From: Azolla caroliniana
Taxonomy: Eukaryota; Plantae; Polypodiophyta
Length of the DNA stretch: 64,000 nucleotides
NCBI GenBank assembly: GCA_043228905.1
Contig: JBHGNT010000009.1
Location: 6,882,001 to 6,946,000 of the forward strand
Direction: 5' to 3'
Each line of letters starts with the position of its first letter. Within the stretch, counting starts at the first letter, position 1. Made by a program: the position numbers and the translations under genes. The notes under the pieces are model-generated. The model saw only the letters and a list, made by a program, of their open reading frames with translations, was not told the DNA's origin and did not search any database. Of the stretch, positions 38,648 through 50,547 are shown one piece after another.

Positions 38648-40224
38648 GTTATACATTTATATATTCCAAACCCTAAATTTGAGAATTGAGCTGAACTCTA
38701 GCAATCCCAACTTGAAAGAAAATTGAGAAGTTCTGAGTTTTTTAGGGTACTATGATAAAACAAAACTTGTATAACAAAGTAAATATTTTGTAATTGTTGG
38801 TCACATGCGTTGCATCATGAGATGTATAATATAGACGTGATAGATTGACATGTGTGATAAGGATGCATGAAAGAGCATTGCAAGTTATAGATTAAAATGG
38901 TAAGAGAATTGTATAATATGTACATGGCTATGTTTCGGCATCATAAAAAAGTACTAACACAAGGTTACTTGATGTCTAAGAGGCCAAACTTGAGCATCCA
39001 TGATTAAGAGAATGTCAAGTTATTTTAAGGTGATCTATTTGGATAGTTTGTTGAATTAAATACGCAGAGTTTTAACTAGATAAGAACATGCACAAATCAT
39101 ATAAAAAACAATACTATTGCTAGCTACTTGACTCTCTTGTTGTTATGAGCATTGGTAATTGAATCTAGATTGTGGGTACAAACATCCTCAGCTTTCATTG
39201 AAAGAAAGTAATGATGTAAGAAGTGACATGTTTTGTAAGGTATGCAACCTTGACTCTTCAAGTTAGCCCAAAAAAGGGCATGACAATTAAAAAGTGATGC
39301 AAGTAAGAATGTCAAAAGGATGTTGAATAATTGATCAAGGAAGGAATTGTCTTGTGATGTGTCTATGCCGGGGGTGGGGGCAAGGTGTGATACAAATAGA
39401 GATAGACACAAATGGGGCTATGTTGTGAATACAAGTGGGGACACGGGGACCATGGTTTGAATACAAATGGAGATAAAGATAAGGTGGCACACAAGGTTGG
39501 GGTTTGTGTGAATACATGGGGACACATGGGGCCTACGATGTGAATAATTGGAGACACATGGAGGAGCTAGGGTGTGAACATATGGCAAAGACAAAAGAAA
39601 TACATGGAGGTGGGATTTGTGTGGAGGGTTGTTGGTCATGGGATCAACCAAATTCACCTTTTTGAGTTTTTTGAAGATTAGAGTTTGACTAAAGAAATTC
39701 TCCTTAAGGAATCATTGGAAAAATTAATGAGGGTTTGAGGGAAGTTTTAAAAGGTACGCGCTTTTGCTTGCTTGCTAAGATGTCACTATGGTTCATTGGT
39801 AATATATATGTAACACATAAATACACACATTCTCTCTCTCTCTGGGTGTGTGTGTGTCTCCATTGATAAGCCATCTATCAATCAATCGATCAATCAATCT
39901 ATTCATCTATCTATAATCAAGCTAGTCATCTTTTTCTACATATAGCTTGATAACTCCTTTCTCTAGACTCATTATCCCAAAGTGTAGTGGCACCTATATT
40001 TGCCTTCTTTCTTAAGCTTTCCGCAGTTACTTGAATATAGTCTCTCTCTAAGACAGACAAAAACACACTTACTATAACAAACTCATCTTTCAATCTTCTT
40101 CCAATAATTCCTGGTTAATTTGGATTCTAACTTCTTTATATCTTGTATCTTAATATAAGTGTCTTATATTTAATCATAGGTTTTCTCTTAGGCATTAATA
40201 TCCGTTTTCAACTATATATTAGCC

Positions 40225-41980
40225 ATGAATCTTAACCCTGCTCGTCCTTATCCATTAATGTTCCTATTTCTATATTACATTAACCTAAGCATTTTGGTAT
40301 TTGAGATTCTTCCAATGGTCAAGAGTACTAATGCAAAATTGTATCGGAATGAAGAAGGTATTAACCTTAAGAGATTGATAATGAACCAATTTTGATAATA
40401 TTGTGTACATTACATTGTATACAAACGAAATGTCTATTGATGTACACCACAATTTAGTATGCATGATGTCTATAGGTTACTATAAAATCTCTCCCCCCCC
40501 CCCCCCCCCCCCCCCAATTCCCCTTTTCCTTTACTTAACATTTATTAGCAATATTACACCCATCCCACAAAGTTAAGCACAAAGGAAAGTTATAATTTTA
40601 GCTTCGTGATAATTTGACAATTTCATAACTTGTAAACCTATCCGATGATGCGTGCGTTGTGTTTCTTTCAGGCTACTTGAAATACTATAGATGTTTTTAA
40701 AACAAACATATCTCAATATTAACTTTATTAATTTATTGTATGTGCCACAAACTTATACCTACAAAGCCTATGATGCTAGGGCCATTTTGTTCACAGACAT
40801 GCTCCAAGTTACTCAAGTGACTCCCTTGTATATTTTAATGAAAGAGAGGCACAATGATACATGTAAATCAATGACAATGCATTAATATCTATGTCTAGAC
40901 ATTTGGTTATATAAGGTGCATAATTTACATGATACTATATTATATAATAAACCTGAGTAGATCTATATGTATATGACATTAATGCACTGAATATTGGTCA
41001 AACCCAACTTATCTATGATATTCTCATACATCCATGGTTATAAGTTATAACTTATGCATATTGTTTCTCCACATTGTCATCTTTCATATTTTCATGCTTT
41101 GACAATTAGAACCATTATGATTACATAATCCAAAAAGAAACAAGTTTCAACTACAAAATATAACAAACGATTCTAATTAGATTTTAGATGGTTGTTCAAG
41201 AAATTCCATCTAATTTTTGATAAATAAAAAAATAGTTATCTAGAGCTATTGGATATTAAAATAATTGGCAATTGTACTTATGATTTCTCAATATTTCATT
41301 CATAGGCATCATGAGGACATCAAGTTACATTACTTCTGAAGACATAACACAAGAGTCCAATGTCGATGACAAGGTATGTCTATAGCAACAAGAATAAGAT
41401 GCACGAGTTAATGAACTCGTTTAACATGAGGAGAAAGCAACTTTTACACATCTTCTAGAAAACTAGATGTAACCTAAGTTTGTCACCAAAGACCTTTCTT
41501 CGTTTAAGTTTCATGTATTACAAGGGAATATTATCATTCTTGTGGTGCTCTAATGATACTAACTTCTTTTTTTTTCTATTACCTTAGGCTCAATATTCAA
41601 GTATAACTCTTCAACGTAAACAAGGAGGATCATTTCTCCTTAATCCTCACAATTACTTTCTCAAATCTCTATCGTGTGCAAATAATGGAACTGGCAAACT
41701 TCTTAAAAGACTATTGCGGAGGTTTCTGATCATCAATAGTGAATATACTGATCATGCACAAGGGCATCAGAGGATATTGAGAAGCCAGAAAAACATGCTA
41801 GAAAAGGCAACAGAACAAGGTCGAAAGGTTCTAAATATTAGCCACAAGGATAGAAATACAAACCTCTATCAAACTCGTCAATATAAGTGGAGGATTGCAC
41901 ACGATAATGGCATATCAAGTAATGTTAATTTCAATGCGGATTATAGTAGCCCCAAAACCCATCCCCCAAAGAACAACTAG
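40225..41980 (+). CDS. RGF: Secreted ROOT MERISTEM GROWTH FACTOR / GOLVEN / CLEL peptide precursor, ~197 aa
   Basis: Exons 40225-40357, 41306-41373, 41588-41980 (GT-AG, phases 1 and 0, 594 nt open). Hydrophobic N-terminus MNLNPARPYPLMFLFLYYINLSILVFEILPMVKS; C-terminal 13-mer DYSSPKTHPPKNN-stop (41939-41977) fits the RGF pattern DYxxPxxHPPxxN. Confidence 0.88.
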
Positions 41981-43938
41981 TGTGTAAATATATGTATACA
42001 TATAGAAGAGTGTGAACTAATTAATCCCTCTCGAAAAGTGAAACAACGTATATTCACATATTTTTAATATGAACATTTGAACATAGGTTTCTTGTTCAAA
42101 CACAAAATCGGTATCCAACATCTACCAATTTATATAAATTCATATTGAGTTATCAAAGCAATTTTTACTATTAATTTCATAATACTTAAATTTAGTTTTA
42201 GTTCTTATAATGATCGCAAGATGGGGACAACATTGTAACATGGTAATGATTAAGTTACATCATTACAAGGAACCATTGGTTCCCAACTACTGAGTGATAT
42301 ATTGATGGTAATTATCCAAATAACTTATAAGACTATCTCTACGTTTCCTTTTGTTAAGAAGAATCGAATATAAACATTGCATATTATATTTTAACTAGAT
42401 CTATTGTACAAATGGTGGAAATTGCATCATGAAACCTCCTAGGATTTCCTCTCTCAATTAGGAAGGTTGGTATAATATGATGCTTTTGGGTCCTCATTCC
42501 TAGGCATGTTAGGTATGTTTGGATGTTGGATACTAGAAATCCCTTCATCCCTCAAGGTTTTGATGCTTCCTTTGTTCACAATTAACTTGAGCGAGATACC
42601 TATAACTTCCAATCCTAAACATGGAGGGTGGATTATTAAGGCATATGTACACAATGGTAAAAAATAAAATGTCTTAATGTAACGCGAAATTTGTTAGGAT
42701 TGTTATGACACTTGTTAAAATCATATGGCTTGCTATTTTAAGGCTTTGATGTTCCTTGACATATGACCTTCATTCACAATGTGGACTACTTTATTGTGCC
42801 AAATTGATCCTCTTATTATTGGAGTTCAATCTCATGTACAACAACATGTGTATGGTAATGCAATGACATTACAATAATACTTGATGGGAATAAAAGGGCC
42901 TTTAGCCATATATTAAAAACTAGATAGATGGACAAATCAAAACAAAATAGAGACAAGAGAAACATTGGTCAAAACAAACATCAAAAGTGGCAACGAAGTG
43001 TAATCTTATATTCACAATTACAATTGTATAATACACGAATTGTACAATTCCCCCTCCAAACCCTAGATTACCTATTTATGTAGATAGGGTGGAAGGTTCA
43101 CATTAGGTTGGGGAAGTTGGTTAGAAACTCATATTGCATGTACTCAAAATTGTTTAATGCTTCTTCTAGGAGGATCCAAAACTAGACTTCACCTTGGTCT
43201 TCGAGAGTGCGCCCAAAAGAAACTACTCTCGGAACATTGTTGAGGGTGTCATAAACCTGTATAATCAATTTGAAATGCTCTCTATGATTGTAGGTACATC
43301 GAATTTTGTAAATCGAGAGATTAACTTACGAATCTAGGCACTTTTGGTTGTAGCCATTTATTATTAATTAGGTAACTATGGGTTAATTAGTGTCTAATTA
43401 TGTGAGTAGTTAATCACGTATGTGATTAAGCAACGGAAGACTATGTGATGTGTGTGTGTGTGTGTGTGAAAGAGGAAGTTGAATGAGAGATAGAGAGGAA
43501 ATACACTTATGAACAATAAGAGAAAATTGGGGAATGATTAACAAAAGTGTAGCTTAAAGAACTCTTACTTATATTAAAAAGCATCAAGTTACAAAAATGC
43601 CTATAATGAGGTATATATACATCTCATGTGCAAGGGTGCACATGTGAGGAGAGAATATAGGTACAAGGGTGAAAGTCCTATATTAAATGAACTTGGTAGT
43701 GAGGGATCTAGAATGTATCCCACTTAAGTTCAAAGTACAAAATCCTATTTAAGGCTGTTGAGAATCGAACTCAACTTCCCATAGGAATAGGTTCACACTA
43801 GCCCATGGACATACTAGGCTAGTTTTGTAAATAGCAGAAAGGGCGCTTGCCCTAGCTTAGTTGGTATATAAACCAACTCATTGTAACTTAGTGAGTGTTG
43901 GAAGTCTTATGTAATATATAGTTTGATTATCTCTGTCT

Positions 43939-43982
<44 letters not shown>

Positions 43983-43998
43983 TGTTGACACACACACA

Positions 43999-44196
43999 TG
44001 TCGAATACAAATGTATAATGGACGTATTCACACTATCCTCTTAGAGAGCCCAAGTTCGGGCTATTTCTGTAAATAACATAAAGGGCAGTTGCCCTAAGTG
44101 AGTCACTATATAAAGTGACCTTGTAACCTTTTGTAAAGGTTGGTTGTTCATTGTTGTAACGGTTGCCCTTTTATGAATATAGACATATTCTTTGTG

Positions 44197-44233
<37 letters not shown>

Positions 44234-47200
44234 CTACGTATTCTGTTCTTCCTTCTCTCATACGCAGGTAATTTATTCCTCATCGATTCAGAATGTTGTG
44301 ATCTCTTCCGCACTGACGGCCTTGTCCATTTCCTACATTTGGTATCAGAGCTTGGATGTCCTTCATCCCGCTGCCGGCCGCCATTCGAATCTTTGGATCA
44401 CAACATTCTATTTTTTTTTGTTTTGTATTTGAAGAAACAGAGAAGAAGAAAAACGAGGCTTGCATCTCATCGCGTTAGATCATCTTTGCTTGGAGTAAGC
44501 CAGCTGGCTGTACTCTGTTCCTCGTGATCATAACCGCTCGAGGTGAAATCCCCTTGTGCAACATTGACACGATCGTGCTCCACTCGGTTAAACGGCATCC
44601 GAACAGGTCACCGAACGCTGCTCGCCGCCCGTTGTAACCACTCGGTGCAGATCGGTCTCAAGATAACAACCCCAATTCGTGCTTCATCCGGCTGATCGAC
44701 ATTCGGGAGGATCAATTGGATCTGTCTCTCTTGTCGCTGCAGTCACCCGAAGTAGAATCGGTCCAGACAATCGGTTTCAATAATCGGTATTTGGCATATA
44801 TATTCGGAAGCGATCCGGGCTCACTCCGACTCGACAACATTCGGGAAGACCAGTCGGCTCTGTCCCTCAAGTTACCGGAGTCAATTCGAGCAAGTTCAAC
44901 AATACATATATTCGAAACCGACTTGGGTTCAAATCCGACTAGAATGATACCGGGTGAGCCGACCGGCTGCACTCCAACAAGGTTCGTAGTCAACTCTGAA
45001 CCGAGCTTCATCAACCGAAACCGAATCTGATGGCATCAACATCCGGCTCATCGGAAATGAGTCTAAGGAGGTTCGACAGTTCGAACTTCAATTTTTGGAA
45101 GGAGCAAATGCAGGACTATCTTATAGTCAAGGGTCAGATCGATCCGATTGAGAATGAAACTGCTCCAAAAATATACAAGGCAAATGAGTGGCAGAAGCTG
45201 GATAGAATCGTCCGCGCCACGATTCGGATGCACCTGTCGGAGTCAGTGTACTTCACAGTGCAATCGTGCACGATAGCTTTCGAACTTTGGAAGAAGCTGT
45301 TGGAAACCTACGAAAAGAAGGTCGCCTCAACGAAGATGTCTTTGATCCGGCGTCTCTACAACTTGAGGATGAAAGACTCCGATTCGGTTCAGACACACCT
45401 TAACGAGTACGAAAGTTTGAGCTCCCAAATCTCGCCACAGGGGACGACAATCGAGGATGAACTCAGAGCAATGATACTCATGAGCAGTCTCCCCTCCTCT
45501 TGGGAAACCTTCGTTACAACTGTGTGCAACGCTTCTACGACTGCCATCAAGTACTCCGAAGTCACAAGTGCAATCCTGACTGAAGCAGCTCGGAGAAAGT
45601 CTTTCACCAAAGACTCGGCAGAAGAAGCCTATGTAGTACAAGGTTCGACCGACCGATCGAACAACTGGGGAAGAAGTTCTTCCCGACCGCCGACAAATCA
45701 GCGAAGCCGCAGCAAGTCCCGGGAAACCCGAATCTGTAACTACTGCAAGAAACCGGGATACATCAAAGCCGACTGTCGGGTACTCAAGTCAAAGACAGAC
45801 AAAGCTCAGAGAGCTGATCAGAGGAGTAACCGACATGAGGAAGTCAACTACGTCGGCTCTTCAGTCGAGATATTGACGACTGACCCGAACATATTTTCCA
45901 AAGAGAATCCAGTCGAATCAGAAGTTCTGCTTACGACTGAGGAATCGAGCACATGGCTTCTGGACTCGGGCGCGTCGTATCACATGACACCTCACCGATC
46001 ACAGTTTCGGAAATATTCGGACCGGCACTCCGACTCAGTTCGAGTCGGAAATTCGCAGCACTGTGCTATCATCGGAATCGACACCGTAGAGCTCAACCTT
46101 CTGGGTGGCTCTACACTCGTACTACACGACGTCCGACACGTTCCTGAGCTCTCACGACCCTTGATCTCCGTCGGACAACTTGATGAAGCTGGCATCTGTG
46201 CTGGTTTCTCATCAAGAGGGTGGACACTCCACAAAGGGAACCTTCTGCATGCTAGAGGACCAAAGGTACACTCATTGTACCCTTTGTATGTCACACTCAG
46301 AGAGGGTGACTTATTTCTAGTAGATATCCCTGTGTCATCCTTATGGCATGGACGACTTGGACACCTCAGCAAGGCCGACATCACGCACCTATCCAGAGCC
46401 GGATACATCCCGAAACTCTCCTTCTCGGACCATCAGTTTTGTGAGCATTGCCAGTACATCAAATAGGTAGCCGCATCACACCCGATATCAGCACCAAGAG
46501 AGTCGAGCCCGCTCGATTTGGTCCACTCGGACGTCTGTGGCCCGATGCTACATCAATCACTCGGTGGTGCCTCGTACTTCGTCAGTTTCATTGACGAATC
46601 GACTCGGAAGGTGTGGGCTTACCCCATCAGAACCAAAGATCGGGTCTTCTCGATCTTCTCAGATTGGCTCGCAATGGTCGAAAACCAGACCGGTCGGAAA
46701 CTGAAGTGTCTCCGAACCGACAATGGAGGTGAGTTCAAATCTGATGAATTCGTCAAATTTTGCCGAGAACGCGGCATTAGACGTGAATATACGGCACCAT
46801 ATAGTCCGGAGCAGAACGGAATCGCAGAACGCATGAAGCAGACGATTCAAGAACGCGTTGTATCCATGCTCCAACACTCCGGACTGTCGGATGGCTTCTG
46901 GGCAGAGACTCTACTCACGGCAGTACACATAATCAATATGTCACCAAGTAGACCTCTAGGACTTAAGATACCTCAGGAAATATGGAACGGCAGAAAGCGA
47001 ATTATGATAAGCTGAGGATTTTCGGTTGCGAGGCATACGCCCTCATACCGAAAGACGACCGCCGAAAACTCGAACCGAGATCAAGGAAATGCGTTTTCCT
47101 CGGGTATGGACCCGACGGTGAGATTGGATACCGACTCTGGGACCCCGAGCACAGGCAAATCGTCTGAAGTTCGGACGTCGTGTTCAACGAGTCGACTATG

Positions 47201-49528
47201 CACAAAACGGCCGAAAGGCCTATTGAAGTCCGAAGGGTAATATTTTCCGAAGTGCCAACCCTTCATGACGGCCCAACACACAACACGAGACCGGTTTCAC
47301 GGGTAACCGACTTCTCTCGCCCCGAATCCACAGATTCGGCACAACCGAATGGATCGGCTTCCGACCATCGGACATCGACACCCGGTGCGACCAGCCTAGT
47401 CATACCTCGAAGATTCGAGAGACTGTCGCAACCTCCGGAGAGGTACTCTCCCGACATTTTCTTCACCGACGCCGACGAACCGACGTCCTACGAAGAAGCA
47501 TCGGCAGCTGCCGATTCAGCCACCTAGCATCTGGCAATGGAGTCGGAAATGCACTCCATCCACGCCAACAAAACTTGGGATCTGGTCGACTTACCGAAGA
47601 ACCGACGTGCTCTTCCTTGCAAGTGGGTCTATAGACTAAAGGAGACGTCTGACTCGACCACCCCAAAGTACAAGGCCAGATTAGTTGCGAAGGGATTTCG
47701 ACAGGAATATGGCGTCGACTTCGACAAAATCTTTTCACCAGTGGTGAAAATGACCACCCTTCGTTTCATGCTCGGTGTTTTGGTTGCCGACAATTTGGAG
47801 CTGATTCAGCTAGATGTGAAAAAGGCATTCCTCCACGGTGATCTAAAGGAGGAAATCTACATGGAGCAGCCGAAAGGCTTTGTGGCCACCAGTAAGGAAC
47901 ATCTAGTTTGCCGACTCAGGAAGAGTCTCTACGGCCTGAAATAGGCACCCCAACAGTGGTACAAGAAGTTCGACGACTTCATCCAGTCGGTCGGCTTCTC
48001 CAAGAGCGATGAAGACCACGGCCTCTTCACCAAAACAGCTTCAGACGGTTCTCCCGTCTTCCTCATCATCTACGTGGACGACATGCTACTCTCCGGTCGG
48101 CATACCGGAGAGCTCACCGAACTCGTTCGGAAATTGCGATTGACATTTGCCATGAAGGACCTCAGTCCGGCAAGACACATACTCGGAATGAAGATTAGTC
48201 AGAATCGCGCCAAAAGACAGCTTTTTCTGTCTCAAACTGACTACATCGGACGTGTCTTGGAACGCTTCAACATGCAATTGGCCAAGTCTGCTTCGACCCC
48301 GCTCCCCGTTCATCTTCGGCTTTCTCAGCGAGACTGCCCGACATCCGGTCTGGAGGGGGAAGACATGAAGTCGGTACCGTATGCACCGGCAGTAGGCTCT
48401 CTGATGTACGCGATGGTCGCGACACGGCCTGATATTTCTCACGCCGTAGGAGTCATCAGCAGATTTATGCACAATCCCGGCCGATCGCACTGGAACGCAG
48501 TCAAGCATGTGTTCAGATATTTAGCCGGCTCAAAAGACCACGACATCCTTTTCGGTCCGAACTCAACTTCAAGCGTAGCCGGTTACACCGACTCGGACTT
48601 CGCCGGCTGTGTGGACAGTCGCAAGTCAACAACCGGATATTGCTTTAAATTCGGCAATGGAGCAATCTCGTGGAAGTCGAAACTTCAGGAGTGCACCGCC
48701 ACCTCAACGACCGAAGCAGAATATGTAGCTGCCTCCGACGTCGCGAAAGAAGCTTTATGGCTCGGTCGGCTGGCGCACACATTTCGGCAAGTCGACTCCG
48801 ACTGGGCTCCAGTTGTCTACAGCGACAGTCAGAGTGCTGTTGCTTTGTTGAAAAATCCGGTTCATCACAACGCCTCCAAGCATATCGAAGTTCGATATCA
48901 CTTCGTTCGGGACTGCGTCATTTCTGGGAAAATCAGTTTAGAGAAGATATCCACAACCGATAATGTCGCAGATGGAATGACCAAGTGTCTTTCGGCAGAC
49001 CGGTTCCGGTCTCTTCGGCAACAGATGGGCGTAACAACATATCGGTCCGATTGAAGCCGGACATAGTGCAGGACGGTTTCGGACAACAAACATCAGTTCT
49101 CTGTCTTCGGATCATGCCGATTCGAACAAAACCGATCCGTCCGAGAACCTATGCCTATACCTGTATTTCTTTTAGATAGCCCATGTATATGCCCATTACG
49201 GGGGAGTGTCGAATACAAATGTATAATGGACGTATTCACACTATCCTCTTAGAGAGCCCAAGTTCGGGCTATTTCTGTAAATAACATAAAGGGCAGTTGC
49301 CCTAAGTGAGTCACTATATAAAGTGACCTTGTAACCTTTTGTAAAGGTTGGTTGTTCATTGTTGTAACGGTTGCCCTTTTATGAAAATAGACATATTCTT
49401 TGTGCCTCTCTCTCTCTCTCTCAATCTACGTATTCTGTTCTTCCTTCTCTCATACGCAGGTAATTTATTCCTCATCGATTCAAAATGTTGTGATCTCTTC
49501 CGCACTGACGGCCTTGTCCATTTCCTAC

Positions 49529-49529
<1 letters not shown>
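43999..49529 (+). mobile_element. Copia element B: full-length Ty1/copia (Tork/Tnt1-like) with 5-bp TSD ACACA
   Basis: LTRs 43999-44337 and 49207-49529 (TG...CA; 2 substitutions plus 16-bp (CT)n length difference); PBS TGGTATCAGAGC 44340-44351; PPT GGGGGAG before 49207. Confidence 0.97.
45030..49054 (+). pseudogene. Copia B gag-pol polyprotein, disrupted
   Basis: Gag, knuckle CNYCKKPGYIKADC, PR WLLDSGAS, INT WHGRLGH...CEHC / VHSDVCGP / LRTDNGGEF / QNGIAER, RT KARLVAKGF / YVDDML, RH YTDSDFAG...ADGMTK; stops at 46464, 47165, 47525, 47942 and a frameshift near 47000. Confidence 0.93.
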
Positions 49530-49575
<46 letters not shown>

Positions 49576-50092
49576 ATCTTCCGCTGCATTACAACCACCC
49601 TTGCCTTTTCATTTCTTTACAAGGTATCAGAGCGTGTGGTTGTCTGATCACACCTATTCAATTGTGTTGTGCACAACACGCAGACGATCAACAGAACCAA
49701 CTAATCAACAGAAGAAGAAATTGCCATGAACACCTAGATGGGAAGCGCTCTTCGTACGGAGAAGCTCAACAGAACGAAATTTGCATCCTGGAAGTACAAG
49801 ATGCATCAATACCTTGTCGGACAAGGCTATTGGAGCTACATCGAAGGAGCTCACTAATCACACCCCAACCCACCACACACTGACTATCTCGCTTGGGAGC
49901 AGGCCGCAAGCCGTGTGTTGTATTGTCTAGCATCATACATTCATGATCATATGCTTGGCTACATTCGAGAGGCAAAAACGCCGAAGCAAGCGTGGGAAAA
50001 CCTCAAAAAGAATTTTGCAACCAACACGGTCGCATGCAAGCTTTAGCTTCGTCAGGAGCTGAATAACATCCAATAGAGGGACATGTCAATCT

Positions 50093-50547
50093 TGTTGTAT
50101 GTTTTAGGGTTAGGGTTAATGATGATAATGATAAAGATAGGAATAGGGTTAACAATCATGGTAGATTAATGAAGATAGACATGGTGATGGAGAGTATGAT
50201 GGTGAGAGAGATCATGTAGAGAAGCATTGCGGGGTGGGGGTGGTGCCTAGAATGGCTCCACCCCCCTCCCAAGGGGTTGAACGTTAAAGGGGAGAGAGAG
50301 AGGGAGAAAGAGATGACAAGAGAGAGAGAGATTGAGAGAGAAATGGTTATTCATTTTTCATTCATTCCCCATAAGGGGTTAAATAGTACAAGAGGGGGTA
50401 GATACATAGGGGTGTAAGCCCCATTGAGCATTCATACTGGACACTCACTCACACCTCCTCGTATCCATCCACATGCACACACGTGTGCATGTGTTCACAT
50501 ACGTATAGACTCACAACTACATTTATACCCCCTACATATACACAACA
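50093..50547 (-). mobile_element. LTR-like segment, probably reverse-oriented, truncating copia A gag
   Basis: TGTTG...CAACA termini; TATA-like TATTTAA followed by CT-rich tract on minus strand; no matching TSD. Confidence 0.5.

Larger units (their letters stand above)
43756..50092 (+). mobile_element. Copia element A: 5' LTR (43756-43998 + 49530-49621, split by element B), PBS 49622-49633, truncated gag 49738-50092
   Basis: TGTTGAGAATC...TTTACA LTR resembling the 10685 LTR; (A)GGTATCAGAGC tRNA-iMet PBS; gag MGSALRTEKLNRTKFASWKYKMHQYLVGQGYWSYIEG with stops. Confidence 0.85.

Noticed and set aside
40672-40915. Extra RGF exons at 40672 and a 17-nt microexon at ~40899
   Set aside because: Including either gives an in-frame stop; the 3-exon model is open without them.
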